Source of the DNA: a virus
Lineage: Duplodnaviria > Heunggongvirae > Uroviricota > Caudoviricetes
Virus record (IMG/VR): IMGVR_UViG_3300012943_000028
Span: 112,642 to 176,641 of that record
Reading direction: 5' to 3' (one strand)
Length of the DNA: 64,000 nt
Below, piece by piece: positions 39,724-49,307 of this stretch; position 1 is the first letter of the stretch; every line of letters begins with the position of its first letter. The position numbers were made by a program, and so were the translations under genes. The notes below the pieces were generated by a model, which worked only from the letters and a program-made list of their open reading frames with translations, was not told where the DNA came from and did no database searches.

Positions 39724-40359
39724 TTAGAAGTGACCTTCGAACCACTGCTGCCATGAACCTGGGAAGTTCGATGGCTGGTAGAACCAACGTCCACCACCCT
39801 TAGGTTGAATGCAGACGTTCAGCTTGATCTGATACAGGTCGCTCACCAGAACTGGTGAGATGACGGTGATGAAGTGTGGGCCGGCTGGAAAGAGAACAAG
39901 CGTACCACGTTGTGGTACGAGGCTGAAGTTGTGGACTGGGAATTCAAGCTTGCCGCCAAAGACCTCGAAGCGAGGATCGATAGGCACGTTCTCATTGAAG
40001 TCCTTCAGCCAGATGAAACCTACGAGGTCGACGTCCTTGTACTGTACCCACTTCTTGCGAACGAACTTTGCGTTCTCGCAACCTGGCTGCTCAGCTGGGA
40101 CCTTGGCATTCTCTGGGTAGATTTGGAAGACAGGCTTTTCCAATCCACGGTACTCAGCGTTGTACGTATCTTCCACCTGCGGAACTAGCGCGCGAAAGCG
40201 TTCGGCGATCTCGATGTCCCACGACAGGTTGTGGCGCTCCATCTTCTTTGGGTTGCCATCCTTGTCCGTGTCAGGAGCCCCCACGTGGATGCTCTCTACG
40301 ATTCTCTCGCACGTGAGTGGTGATAGGAAGTCTTGAACGACGATGAACGGGCTTTTCAT
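39724..40359 (-). CDS. 2OG-Fe(II) oxygenase-fold protein, degenerate metal site
   Basis: DFLSPLTCE, GGKLEFP and PQRGTLVLFP fold motifs; no HxD or distal H/R at the usual positions. Confidence 0.65.
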   Translation of the reverse strand: MKSPFIVVQDFLSPLTCERIVESIHVGAPDTDKDGNPKKMERHNLSWDIEIAERFRALVPQVEDTYNAEYRGLEKPVFQIYPENAKVPAEQPGCENAKFVRKKWVQYKDVDLVGFIWLKDFNENVPIDPRFEVFGGKLEFPVHNFSLVPQRGTLVLFPAGPHFITVISPVLVSDLYQIKLNVCIQPKGGGRWFYQPSNFPGSWQQWFEGHF

Positions 40360-40389
40360 GGTGCCTCTATGATATGATGAGTGGTCTAG

Positions 40390-40608
40390 TTACTTGCCTG
40401 GTCCGACAAACTTCCAGATTGCTCCAAAGATTGCTGAGATGACTACTGCAGCACCGATAGTTCTGTTCTTGATCTTATCGATGTTGTCTGCACGACCCTC
40501 AAGAACCGTGACACGACCATTCGTCTTGGTCACCTGTTCGAGAATCTTACCTTGCGATTCCTTGAGGTCCATAAGGGTCTCAAGGATCAATTCTTCATGC
40601 GATGCCAC
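40390..40608 (-). CDS. coiled-coil plus C-terminal TM protein (XhlA/holin-like)
   Basis: TNGRVTVLE coiled coil and IGAAVVISAIFGAIW helix; AAGGA RBS. Confidence 0.5.
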   Translation of the reverse strand: MASHEELILETLMDLKESQGKILEQVTKTNGRVTVLEGRADNIDKIKNRTIGAAVVISAIFGAIWKFVGPGK

Positions 40609-40622
40609 GATTACGTGTTCCT

Positions 40623-41270
40623 TTATGCTGTCTCTGCAGGCATTGTAGTAGGGAAATGCTTGTTGACTATTTCTGCTACATCATTGCCAAAGGTCACACG
40701 TGGAGAATCCTGGCCGTCTTCGAGTTTGAGAAATACTGGTACAAGGTCTGAGTCGCCGAACGCAGCCATCACTCTGATGCGGTTGCCTTCCATGACTGGG
40801 AACTTGAATGACATGCCACCAAACTTGAAGTGCGCATGCTCAGCGACGATAGAGAGCTCACTGACGGCGAGAGAGCTGTGTTCCATTGCAGCGTCATAGC
40901 TGAATGGAATTGCCATGTCAGATGAGAAATCCTTGATTGAGAACTCACCGCTAACTGGCGGTGGGAGAGACGCTGCAACAGCGTCTGAAGAAGGGATTGC
41001 AACAGTGAGCTCAGTTGGTGCTTCTGCTGGTGGAAGCTCAGGAGACGGAAGCGTCTCAACTGGCGGAGGTGGTGGAAGTGGGTCTTCGGCTTTTACCGGA
41101 GCAGGCTCGACGGTAGAAGGCATGTCCTTATACGCACGTAGAAGGATGTGGCCATCAGCAGCTGTAAGCTTGTTGATCTGCGCACCATACGAGCGCAGCA
41201 AACACTCCACTGCTTCTTCAAAAGCGGTGGCATCAGATGGTGGGAGTTTGACGCTAACTACAATACCCAT
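40623..41270 (-). CDS. hypothetical protein with Pro-rich linker
   Basis: ATG 41270 directly after the exonuclease stop; 215 aa. Confidence 0.6.
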   Translation of the reverse strand: MGIVVSVKLPPSDATAFEEAVECLLRSYGAQINKLTAADGHILLRAYKDMPSTVEPAPVKAEDPLPPPPPVETLPSPELPPAEAPTELTVAIPSSDAVAASLPPPVSGEFSIKDFSSDMAIPFSYDAAMEHSSLAVSELSIVAEHAHFKFGGMSFKFPVMEGNRIRVMAAFGDSDLVPVFLKLEDGQDSPRVTFGNDVAEIVNKHFPTTMPAETA

Positions 41271-41271
41271 T

Positions 41272-41943
41272 TCAGATGTCCTTATAGAGCTTCTGATAAA
41301 ACTCGTCAACGCGAGTCAACAGCGGCGTAACGTATTTAGTGAGATCGACACGGAATTCCTGCGGGAATCCGCCCGCCGATGTCATCAGGATAACACCGTC
41401 TTCAATCTCGGTGCCAAAAAGTTCATTGTGCATGATCGAGTAGGCGCAGATTTGCAGCCTGTAGTCCTCGATATCCTTCTGCGACTTGAGACGCATTGAC
41501 GTTTTGAAGTCGATGATGCTTGGCTTTCCATCGTAGACACCAACGCAGTCAATTCTACCAGCTACCTCGATGAGGTCCGAATACATGGAGACCTCTTGTC
41601 CCCACACCTCATTGACCTTCTTCAGCTTGAGCTTGAGGGCGCCAAAGCCTGCCTTGTCCGCCTGCGTGAAGCTGTCGCCTGGCTGATCAAGCGGCTGTCC
41701 ATTAAGGAAGCGCTCAGCAAGGAGGTGGACGTTCGTGCCGTTGTCTGCAGCGGCCTTTGTAACTTGGGCCGCCTTCACAGCGCCAAGAGAATTCTGCCAT
41801 GACTTGAGAGCCTTGGCCTTTTCTTCTGGCATCGTACCACCAAGGATCGTCGTGATCGATGGATAGTATTTTCCAGCGGGCGTTTCGTAGAACCGCATCC
41901 CATTGAATGGAACGGTCTCTAGCTGCGGATAGTCAAACTTCAT
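41272..41943 (-). CDS. PD-(D/E)XK exonuclease (Cas4/MGME1-like phage exonuclease)
   Basis: YPSITTIL, GTNVH, AGRIDC, IIDFKTS and QICAY. Confidence 0.85.
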   Translation of the reverse strand: MKFDYPQLETVPFNGMRFYETPAGKYYPSITTILGGTMPEEKAKALKSWQNSLGAVKAAQVTKAAADNGTNVHLLAERFLNGQPLDQPGDSFTQADKAGFGALKLKLKKVNEVWGQEVSMYSDLIEVAGRIDCVGVYDGKPSIIDFKTSMRLKSQKDIEDYRLQICAYSIMHNELFGTEIEDGVILMTSAGGFPQEFRVDLTKYVTPLLTRVDEFYQKLYKDI

Positions 41944-41948
41944 GTGTC

Positions 41949-44900
41949 TTATAGCTTGCTGATTAGATCGTATGTTGATGATTCTGCCTGTGCATTAGGG
42001 GCCGATGTAACAGCACCTGGCGCAAGCTTGACAGCGTTCGTGAGAGCATCACGCGCCATCTTCTGCTTGGAAACTACTGAGCTGTTCTTTGCGGCAACAA
42101 GACCTGGAGAGTTGCGGCTCTGAAGGGTCTTTGCCTGGTATGCGAACGAGCGGTTTGCCATGAGGTCAAAGCCCATCATGATCAACATGTCGCTGATTGC
42201 CTGAAGGGTTGGGTTTGGGAACGAGAGCTCACCATCTTCAGCAAGCACCTGCTGGTGCGGCGTCACAGACTCTTCAGTCTTCTTTGGCTTCTCTTCGTCC
42301 TCATCCTCATCCTCATCCTCATCTTCGTCAGAGGACTCTTCGTTCTCATCTTCACCAGCGTCTTCATCCTCGTCAGACGATTCGTCATCTGACTTCTTTT
42401 TCTTAGACTTCTTCTCGATGACCTGGCCAAACTCATCACGCTCTTGACCATCGTCCTCATCATCTTCTGATGACTCATCGCTCTCCTCATCAGAGGATTC
42501 CTCTGAGTCTAGACCGACGTCGCTCTCTTCACCACCCTCAACCTCATCACCGGTATCGTCACCCTCAATTGGCTCTTCACCAGTGAGGTCGACTGCTGCG
42601 GCGTCTGGGTCTGCGTCATGGAAAGCGAAGGTTGTTCCGGTGTCAACACCGAATGGGCTCTCACCGTCTGCTGGCGCCTCAGCTGAAGCGTTCATGCTTT
42701 CTGGCCATTCGACATCAACGATGTCAAACTTCTGAGCCAGCGTGTTGATTGCCTGCTCTACGTCGTCTTCTTGACCGAGCAGCTGGCTCATTGCATTTTC
42801 GAAGTCCTGAGCCTGCGTGGCGTTCACGTAGACCTTGACAACGCTGCCATCATCGGTCTCGAGACCGTACGTGATGGTATCTACCTGGTCATTGATCTCA
42901 TGGGCCTTGTCAAGGTAGCGGCTGATGTCAAGCTGGGTAACCTTGTCACCGATCTGCACGTTGTTGCGAAGCTGGTTGAACTCTACGTCAGTGTTTGCCT
43001 TTGCGGTGTCATCAACGTCTGTGGCAAACTTCATGTCATTGACGTGTGCCCAGTCTTCGTTCATCGACTTGATAAGTGAGAAACTCTCTGGAACCTTTGG
43101 CGCCTTCTTCAACGCGCGCATCACGAACTTGTCACCGTCAGCATAGACAGTAGCGTACTCATAGCCGTTAGCCTTTAGCTTACGTGCAACGGCGTTTGCG
43201 ATACCAGAGTCCGTATAGTCCTTGCGAATTGAAGAGCCGTCCTTCATGAGAACGCTCACGATCTTGTTCAGCTCGTCATTTGACAGTGACTCACGCATTG
43301 GACCACCTGGTGCTGGGAACTTCATTGGCTTAACGAAGTTGCGCTTACGCTTGATGATCTCTTTACCACCCTGGAAGACACGCTTCGGCAGTGCGGCCAC
43401 GTCTCCAGCAGAGGTTGTTGCGGCACCAGATGCACCGTCGTCCTCGCTGATTGACTTGATGAGGTCGAATGATTCTTTCACTTCCGTATCTCCTTCGTTG
43501 AAGAGCGAGCTAATCGTTCTTCCATAGAGTGCCATGAGCAGCTGCGCTGCGGTTCGGCTCGATAGTACCTTTGAGATGATCTCGTTGATCTCTTTCTTTG
43601 TCTCAGCAAATGACGTGAGCGTACGCGCCATGACCTCAGGCGTGATGCCGATCTCCTTGCCAGTCTTAAGCTTGAGCTTGTATTCACCAGCTTCCTGCTT
43701 GAACTGCTTGAGGATACCGTCGATCTCGTTGAGAGCGCCTTTGAGAATTGAAGAGACCTTTGTTCTTGCGGCTGGAACGCTCTTGATATCAAGGTGATTT
43801 GCAAGAGCCAGCGCCGTGGATTCTGGATCGGACTTCTTGTAGTGCGTAAGGTAGCGCTTTGCCTGTGATGGCACTGAAAGTTCCTTAGCACCTAGCAGAT
43901 CAGCAATGCGAATCTTTGCATCGCCGAAGACACCGCCTCTAGCTTCAAGAGGGGCCGTGGAATCTGATGTGCGAACTAGGCTTGAGATGCCGCTGCGCAC
44001 GCCGGCATTGAACATGTTGATTGCGGTGAAGACGTCACGATCAACGATCTTAGACTGGTTGCCCGTGACTGGGTCACGGATGACAACGCCCTCAACACCA
44101 ATATCTTCAGATGGGTGTAGCTGTGGGTCTTGCAGCATTGGCTTGATCTTGCGAACGAACTTGTCAAGGAGCAGCTCCTTGATTGGCAGCTTATAGTCGT
44201 TGAGAATTTTTGCGTTGATCCTGTCACGCTCGGCCTTAGCCTCTGCACGCTCACCCTTTGGAACTGAAGTCAAGTTCATCTCTGCAACTTCACCGTTCGT
44301 CTTGTCTGAGAACGCGTCATTCGATGCTTCGACAAACGACTTCATCTGCTTGAGAAGCTTGATGGCTTCCTTTGTTTCAATGTGTTCAGCGGAGATTGGG
44401 TCGACCTTCGTGAACTTCCAAAGGAGCTGCTCATCCTTCTGATCGAGCTTCTCACCATCTTGCGATGAGACGATTGGAGAGGTAACAGTGACTTCCTTGC
44501 CATTCAGCGCATTGGCTAGGTTATGCACGCGCTCTTCAGGGGTGTTATGAATGCCACGAAGGATGACGATGAAGTTCTTTCCCTCTGCACCATACGTAAC
44601 GGTGTTTGGCTGACGGCCGAAGAGAACTTCAATCTCTACGACATCGCCTTCCTTGAGGTACTTGCGGATTGTAGGCTCTACCTTTTTAAGAGCCTGGTGG
44701 GCAGAACGAAACCCGTTGTATGCGCCGAGGAGCTTGTAGTCCTCTGCGTCGTAGAAGCGTCCGGTCTTTGAGGACTTGCCCTCACGAGATGTGTAGAGGC
44801 CCTTGTCATCGAGGCCGAACCAGAGGTTCGAACCGTCGAGCTTCTCTGTCACAATCTTATCGCCAAGCGATTCTACGGCACGGATGAACTCCCTGACAGG

Positions 44901-44960
44901 CAGGTCTTCAATGTGCGTGATGCCTTCGGCCAAGATGATTGTGCGTAGCAGTTGTGTCAT
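41949..44960 (-). CDS. 1003-aa late protein with N-terminal ATP-dependent ligase-like (DUF6267-like) domain and acidic low-complexity region
   Basis: THIEDL, TEKLDG (motif I), EGVVIR (motif IV), SKIV (motif V); repeated ES motifs; D/E tract. Confidence 0.65.
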   Translation of the reverse strand: MTQLLRTIILAEGITHIEDLPVREFIRAVESLGDKIVTEKLDGSNLWFGLDDKGLYTSREGKSSKTGRFYDAEDYKLLGAYNGFRSAHQALKKVEPTIRKYLKEGDVVEIEVLFGRQPNTVTYGAEGKNFIVILRGIHNTPEERVHNLANALNGKEVTVTSPIVSSQDGEKLDQKDEQLLWKFTKVDPISAEHIETKEAIKLLKQMKSFVEASNDAFSDKTNGEVAEMNLTSVPKGERAEAKAERDRINAKILNDYKLPIKELLLDKFVRKIKPMLQDPQLHPSEDIGVEGVVIRDPVTGNQSKIVDRDVFTAINMFNAGVRSGISSLVRTSDSTAPLEARGGVFGDAKIRIADLLGAKELSVPSQAKRYLTHYKKSDPESTALALANHLDIKSVPAARTKVSSILKGALNEIDGILKQFKQEAGEYKLKLKTGKEIGITPEVMARTLTSFAETKKEINEIISKVLSSRTAAQLLMALYGRTISSLFNEGDTEVKESFDLIKSISEDDGASGAATTSAGDVAALPKRVFQGGKEIIKRKRNFVKPMKFPAPGGPMRESLSNDELNKIVSVLMKDGSSIRKDYTDSGIANAVARKLKANGYEYATVYADGDKFVMRALKKAPKVPESFSLIKSMNEDWAHVNDMKFATDVDDTAKANTDVEFNQLRNNVQIGDKVTQLDISRYLDKAHEINDQVDTITYGLETDDGSVVKVYVNATQAQDFENAMSQLLGQEDDVEQAINTLAQKFDIVDVEWPESMNASAEAPADGESPFGVDTGTTFAFHDADPDAAAVDLTGEEPIEGDDTGDEVEGGEESDVGLDSEESSDEESDESSEDDEDDGQERDEFGQVIEKKSKKKKSDDESSDEDEDAGEDENEESSDEDEDEDEDEDEEKPKKTEESVTPHQQVLAEDGELSFPNPTLQAISDMLIMMGFDLMANRSFAYQAKTLQSRNSPGLVAAKNSSVVSKQKMARDALTNAVKLAPGAVTSAPNAQAESSTYDLISKL
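42298..42321. repeat. (TCCTCA)4 coding microsatellite
   Basis: Four perfect hexamers encoding an EDEDEDED tract on the - strand. Confidence 0.8.
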
Positions 44961-44985
44961 GTTTCCGGTGCCTGATTCAACAGAG

Positions 44986-44993
44986 TATTTATA
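44986..44993 (-). promoter_or_regulatory. late promoter, exact T4 consensus
   Basis: TATAAATA 25 nt upstream of the ATG at 44960. Confidence 0.75.
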
Positions 44994-45020
44994 GCCTCAG
45001 GTCTGACAACGGACATAGAG

Positions 45021-45043
45021 GGAGGGGCCCTGTGGGCCCCTCC
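45021..45043 (-). terminator. GC-rich hairpin, possible terminator
   Basis: GGAGGGGCCC-TGT-GGGCCCCTCC 10-bp stem after 45067..45330; U-tract is weak. Confidence 0.5.
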
Positions 45044-45066
45044 GTATGCGCATTTGCGCCAGCCGA

Positions 45067-45330
45067 TTAGCCTGCTGCGTCAGCAACAGTGCTTGGGGCT
45101 GCGGCAGGTGCTGCCTTCTCGGCGAGCTCCTTACCCACGCGCTCTGACAGTTCAGCGTCAAGTGCACGCAGGGCGGCCTCCGTCTTAGCGACGGCGAGGC
45201 GCTCGTCACCAAGCTGATTGCGCCACTCGGTGTGGATCGATACGAGGCGCTGTACGACCTCGCTGAAACCGGTGACTGGATGTTCGGTACCGTCGACCGT
45301 GATGGTCTTTGGTGCTTCTTGCTTCTGCAT
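45067..45330 (-). CDS. small coiled-coil hypothetical protein
   Basis: 87 aa, AGGAG RBS. Confidence 0.7.
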   Translation of the reverse strand: MQKQEAPKTITVDGTEHPVTGFSEVVQRLVSIHTEWRNQLGDERLAVAKTEAALRALDAELSERVGKELAEKAAPAAAPSTVADAAG

Positions 45331-45347
45331 TGTGATCTCCTGTGGAA

Positions 45348-46676
45348 TTACGTATTCATCAGATCGAGGACGCCACCGCCCTCTTTCGGTTTTTCAAACA
45401 CTGTGCCGGTCGTGCTAAGCGTCGGTGCTGCCTTCCTCTTGAGCGCCAACCCACCAGCCTTTGACTTCAAAGACTTGATGAGAAGCGAGATTGGGTCCCA
45501 GCCCAAGAAGATACGCTTGCCGACACCTGTGCCGTTTCTGGCCTTGAGAATCTCAAAGTTGATCTCTCCAGAAGCCCGCATCAGGTCGTCTTGCTTGATG
45601 GCGACCGTGTAGTCGGATGTATTTATCTTGGAGATACCGCCCTGGATGTGACCTTGGTTTAGCTTCTCCGCCTCGATGGCGCTGCGACCGAGCTGAGAAG
45701 CCGAGATCATGATGCAGTCGAAATCGAATCCAAGGCTGCGAATTTCCTCGGTAACGTACTTGTCCTTGACGAACAGGTTGTCGGACGAAATCTGCTGTGT
45801 CGTACCCATGATGTCGACGTAGTCGACGATGATGAAGTCCGGGCGGAAGCCGTGCTGCTGTTCGAGCTGAGTGATGTACGCACGAATCGTGTTGATGTTC
45901 GTGCGGTTTTCAGGCATACGCTTGATGAACAGACGACCCATGTTCTCTGAGGCAGCGCTGACCGCTGCTGCGGCCTTCTCAAGTTCCTTGAGCAGGTTTT
46001 CCTGAGCGATGTGTGTGATCATGGAGTCGAGGCGCTTTGACACCACGCCTTCTGCCATCTCTAGAGAGACGTAGACTCCGTTGAGACCGCGCGCAAGGAG
46101 GTTGCGCCCGAGGTTCAGCATCGTCATCGACTTACCACCGCCTGAGTTGGCGGCGAAGAGGATCAGCTCCTGACGGCCGAGACCACCACCAATAGCATCA
46201 TCAAGTTCCTGCCAGCCGGTAGGAATGCGCGCATCGGTGATGAGCGTCTTTTCCATGCGCTCTTTCGGGTCCTTGAAGTAGTCGATGCCGGAATCCTTGA
46301 TGAGGCCGACAGACACCGCTTCCTTGAAGAGCTCAATGATCTTGCCGTACTCGCCCTTCTGAACGAGCTCAGAACCTTTGACGAGGGCCTCAACTGCGGC
46401 CTGCTGCTGACAGAATGACTCGACTTCCTTTGAGACGTACTCTATGTCGGCTCGCGTGATGGTCTCAGCGGCATCGAGGATCGATCCGGTTTCTGCTCGA
46501 ATTGTCTGAACTTTTGGCACGTCCTTGTACTGAGCGAAGTACTCGCCCATGAACTTGACCGTCTTCTTGAGGGACGGATCAAAGTATGACGGCTTCATGA
46601 TAGCCGAGCACAGCGCCATCAAATCACGGTTGCTTGCGATGAGGCTAAGTACGAGGCGCTGCTTTTCTAGTTCCAT
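45348..46676 (-). CDS. replicative DNA helicase (T4 gp41/DnaB family)
   Basis: ANSGGGKS Walker A, SLEM, IIVDYVD, SASQLGR and KARNG. Confidence 0.95.
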   Translation of the reverse strand: MELEKQRLVLSLIASNRDLMALCSAIMKPSYFDPSLKKTVKFMGEYFAQYKDVPKVQTIRAETGSILDAAETITRADIEYVSKEVESFCQQQAAVEALVKGSELVQKGEYGKIIELFKEAVSVGLIKDSGIDYFKDPKERMEKTLITDARIPTGWQELDDAIGGGLGRQELILFAANSGGGKSMTMLNLGRNLLARGLNGVYVSLEMAEGVVSKRLDSMITHIAQENLLKELEKAAAAVSAASENMGRLFIKRMPENRTNINTIRAYITQLEQQHGFRPDFIIVDYVDIMGTTQQISSDNLFVKDKYVTEEIRSLGFDFDCIMISASQLGRSAIEAEKLNQGHIQGGISKINTSDYTVAIKQDDLMRASGEINFEILKARNGTGVGKRIFLGWDPISLLIKSLKSKAGGLALKRKAAPTLSTTGTVFEKPKEGGGVLDLMNT

Positions 46677-47662
46677 TACTTCACTCCACAGTGGAGATTG
46701 ATGGCCATGTTGGCACGTGATTTGTCTGCTGGAATTGACTTGATGAGCTCACGCGCTGTGTAGCACAGGCCAAAGCGTCGTACGCTTTCGTTCAAGTCTT
46801 CTGTGCCGCTTGGAGCGAAGGCAATCTCCCAATCGTGGTCGAGAACCTCTTTGGCCAGCGTTCTTCCGTTCTTGTCTTTATCTATTACGAAAACAATCCT
46901 GCGGCTACTCTTAGATATCAGGTCGACCTTTGCTTCGTTCAAGCGACTACCAAGTAGCGCAACGCCGTTCACCATCATCGCATCGAAGATGCCCTCACAC
47001 ACGAACAGTGGAAGGTCCGAGTATGAGTTGAGCTCGTCCATGTTGAACATGACAGCTTCACGACTTACTGGCGCATTGTCGTAGCGCAGCTTCTCCGCAT
47101 TATCGATGTGCCGAGCCTGCCAGTAGATGAGCTGACCAGAACGGTAGTATGGAATGATGATGCGGTTGAGGAAGCGTGGCTCTAGCGAGAAGAAGAAATT
47201 GTACCTGTCAAAGTTGACCTTACGATCGACGAGATAGTCGACGAGCTTTTCTTGGTAGTCAACAAACTCTGGATGGCCAAGTGGGAAGCTCTTTGCTGGA
47301 AGCTTAACTGGCGGTGTTGTCGTGTTGACCTTCGTGAGCTTGCTCAGCGTGATCTTGTCAGACTCTCCCTTCTTGAAGAAGAGGGCAGTGTTGACGACCG
47401 ACCGAATTTCGTCATCATCAATGTTGAACGCGTGTAGAACAGACCTGAACTTCTTCGACATCTGGCCGCTGAACTCAGTGTAGCGGCTGGCCGTCGAGCA
47501 GTTCCAGCAGTTGTAGATCACCTGTTCATCTTCGAACTTGAAGCCACCACGCACCTTGTAGTCATTGCAAAGTGGGCACTTGCCAACGAGCCAGCCTGTG
47601 CCGCTCTGTTGCCAGGGCACGCGCGCTTCGATCACTGATTGTAGGGTGGTTTTCTCGAACAC
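46676..47662 (-). CDS. DNA primase (T4 gp61-like)
   Basis: CPLC...CWNC zinc finger, RIIIP, WQAR, TOPRIM CEGIFDA and DKD. Confidence 0.92.
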   Translation of the reverse strand: MFEKTTLQSVIEARVPWQQSGTGWLVGKCPLCNDYKVRGGFKFEDEQVIYNCWNCSTASRYTEFSGQMSKKFRSVLHAFNIDDDEIRSVVNTALFFKKGESDKITLSKLTKVNTTTPPVKLPAKSFPLGHPEFVDYQEKLVDYLVDRKVNFDRYNFFFSLEPRFLNRIIIPYYRSGQLIYWQARHIDNAEKLRYDNAPVSREAVMFNMDELNSYSDLPLFVCEGIFDAMMVNGVALLGSRLNEAKVDLISKSSRRIVFVIDKDKNGRTLAKEVLDHDWEIAFAPSGTEDLNESVRRFGLCYTARELIKSIPADKSRANMAINLHCGVK

Positions 47663-47683
47663 GTTCTTGTTATTGTGTCAGGC

Positions 47684-47711
47684 AAAAAGAAGGCCTGCAT
47701 CTAGCAGGCCT
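47684..47711 (-). terminator. rho-independent terminator-like hairpin
   Basis: AGGCCTGC-N5-GCAGGCCT followed by TCTTTTT on the - strand, downstream of the SLT gene. Confidence 0.6.
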
Positions 47712-47754
47712 ATCATACAACAGAGACTGTCAGCGAAAAACTTGGTTCAGCGCT

Positions 47755-48396
47755 CTACCTGGCGGCGAGCTTCACCTGCATGGCCAGTGCGTATTCATTG
47801 GTGTCAGCGTCGACATCCTTTGCTCCACCTGGTCCTTTGTTGTAGGCGGTGGCGAGCTGCGCTGGCGTGGTGAAGCCATACGTATCACGCAGGATCATGA
47901 GGTAACGGCTTGCGACCGTCATGTTGAAGACGTCGTTCTCGATCAGCTTGGCGATCAGCTCATCGTCAGTGTGGGTGTGGAAGTGGAACTGTGACCACAG
48001 CGCCGGCCATTTCTTCATCACGTCCCAGGTAGCGCTCAACTTGATCTGCGCCACGCCGTAGTAGCGCTTCGTCGGCGTGAGGCCGTACTCCTGACCGACC
48101 ACGTTGTAGCGCTTGAGCGTACCAGCGTGCGATTCCTGGAGGATGATGCCCTGCAGAATCTGCGGGTACTCGTGACCATCCTTCTTTGCGATGTCGTACG
48201 CGAGACCGAGCAGCTGTGCCTGCGAGTGGGTGGGTTCCTTCGGGTATTCGAAGGCGAAGGTCTGCGCCTCCGTGATCTCACTATTTGCCGGCATGTTCAC
48301 CACCAGCGTGGTGTGGTTGGGCACGTAGTTCGTCATGCACCCAGCCGCAAATGCTATCACAACAGCACACGCTATGGCCACGTTACTGTGCTTCAT
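47755..48396 (-). CDS. exported lytic transglycosylase (SLT-like)
   Basis: LQES catalytic motif, YGVAQI and AYNKG; N-terminal hydrophobic signal ending AAGC. Confidence 0.8.
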   Translation of the reverse strand: MKHSNVAIACAVVIAFAAGCMTNYVPNHTTLVVNMPANSEITEAQTFAFEYPKEPTHSQAQLLGLAYDIAKKDGHEYPQILQGIILQESHAGTLKRYNVVGQEYGLTPTKRYYGVAQIKLSATWDVMKKWPALWSQFHFHTHTDDELIAKLIENDVFNMTVASRYLMILRDTYGFTTPAQLATAYNKGPGGAKDVDADTNEYALAMQVKLAAR

Positions 48397-48459
48397 TGGG
48401 TTTTCTCCTTTCCTTGTGGGTAGGGTTGAACTTACTGATGAGCTCTCAGCTCGTGGGAC

Positions 48460-48488
48460 ATTATATCACAATGGCCCGGATAGTACAA
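48460..48488 (-). promoter_or_regulatory. early promoter
   Basis: TTGTAC-N17-TATAAT with TG extension. Confidence 0.65.
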
Positions 48489-48518
48489 CGGGTCCCATTT
48501 TACATAATGGGACCCGTT
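48487..48518. repeat. perfect 13-bp inverted repeat
   Basis: AACGGGTCCCATT-TTACAT-AATGGGACCCGTT. Confidence 0.85.
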
Positions 48519-48534
48519 GGGATTGGCAGGCAGC

Positions 48535-48795
48535 TTATTTGTCGCCGAAGAAATGACCCTTGATGACGGTGAGTTCGGCAGTTGGCTTTCCATCCCGCAT
48601 TGGGATCACAAGGACCTTCACGTCCTTTGGAAAGAACCGCTTCAAATCATCGTGCAGGCGATCGATGTGGTCACGCACCTTGCTTGGTGGCATCATCGAA
48701 ACTTCAACGTTGACCACTACACGGTCGCCTGGACAAAGATCAAGCTTGGCAACAGAGCCGATTTCAATCGGCTCTCTTTGCGTCTCTGCTTCCAT
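48535..48795 (-). CDS. hypothetical protein
   Basis: 86-aa ORF tiling the operon. Confidence 0.6.
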   Translation of the reverse strand: MEAETQREPIEIGSVAKLDLCPGDRVVVNVEVSMMPPSKVRDHIDRLHDDLKRFFPKDVKVLVIPMRDGKPTAELTVIKGHFFGDK

Positions 48796-48798
48796 CGC

Positions 48799-49236
48799 TT
48801 ACTTAGCAAACACCTTGGAAGCAGTGTCGAGCTGAGCCTCGGCTGGGTTCACGAACTCGGAACCGATCTGCTTGTCAGATGAGTAAGCCTGCACGTTCTC
48901 GAGCGAACCAGCAGATGCGCGAGCACCCTTTGGACGCTTGACGCGCACGTTGTTTGAGTGGAAGAAGTCGAGGGCGTTCATGCCGTTCGACAGCTTCGAC
49001 TGTGAGAGCAGCTCCCAGCACTCGTACTTGTCAGCGTGCTGTGAAGATACGATCTTCTTGATGCGGCCCTTGTCGATTGCGTGGAGTGGATCGATGTCTA
49101 CGTAGTAGATCGAACCATCCTTGAACTTCTTGACGACGAGAATTTCCTTGAGAAGACCAGAGTCGTCGATGTCGCACAGGAAAACGTGCGGCAGGCTGGT
49201 CGGGGTCAGAACGATTTCGTCCTTAGCAACTGTCAT
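48799..49236 (-). CDS. hypothetical protein
   Basis: Start re-called at ATG 49236 after AAGGAG; 145 aa; late-type promoter upstream. Confidence 0.7.
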   Translation of the reverse strand: MTVAKDEIVLTPTSLPHVFLCDIDDSGLLKEILVVKKFKDGSIYYVDIDPLHAIDKGRIKKIVSSQHADKYECWELLSQSKLSNGMNALDFFHSNNVRVKRPKGARASAGSLENVQAYSSDKQIGSEFVNPAEAQLDTASKVFAK

Positions 49237-49307
49237 GAGAATCTCCTTTGATATTTGGGGATAACGTGCGCACGTTTTGGAAAACCCCATGCCAGGTTGG
49301 CACCTGG

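Noticed and set aside
41272-41943. Cas4-like nuclease suggesting a CRISPR system
   Set aside because: No Fe-S cysteines, no other cas genes and no repeat-spacer array seen; fits a common phage exonuclease
42290-42560. Low-complexity TCA/TCC-rich tract as a non-coding repeat array
   Set aside because: It is the in-frame Asp/Glu/Ser-rich linker of the 1003-aa protein
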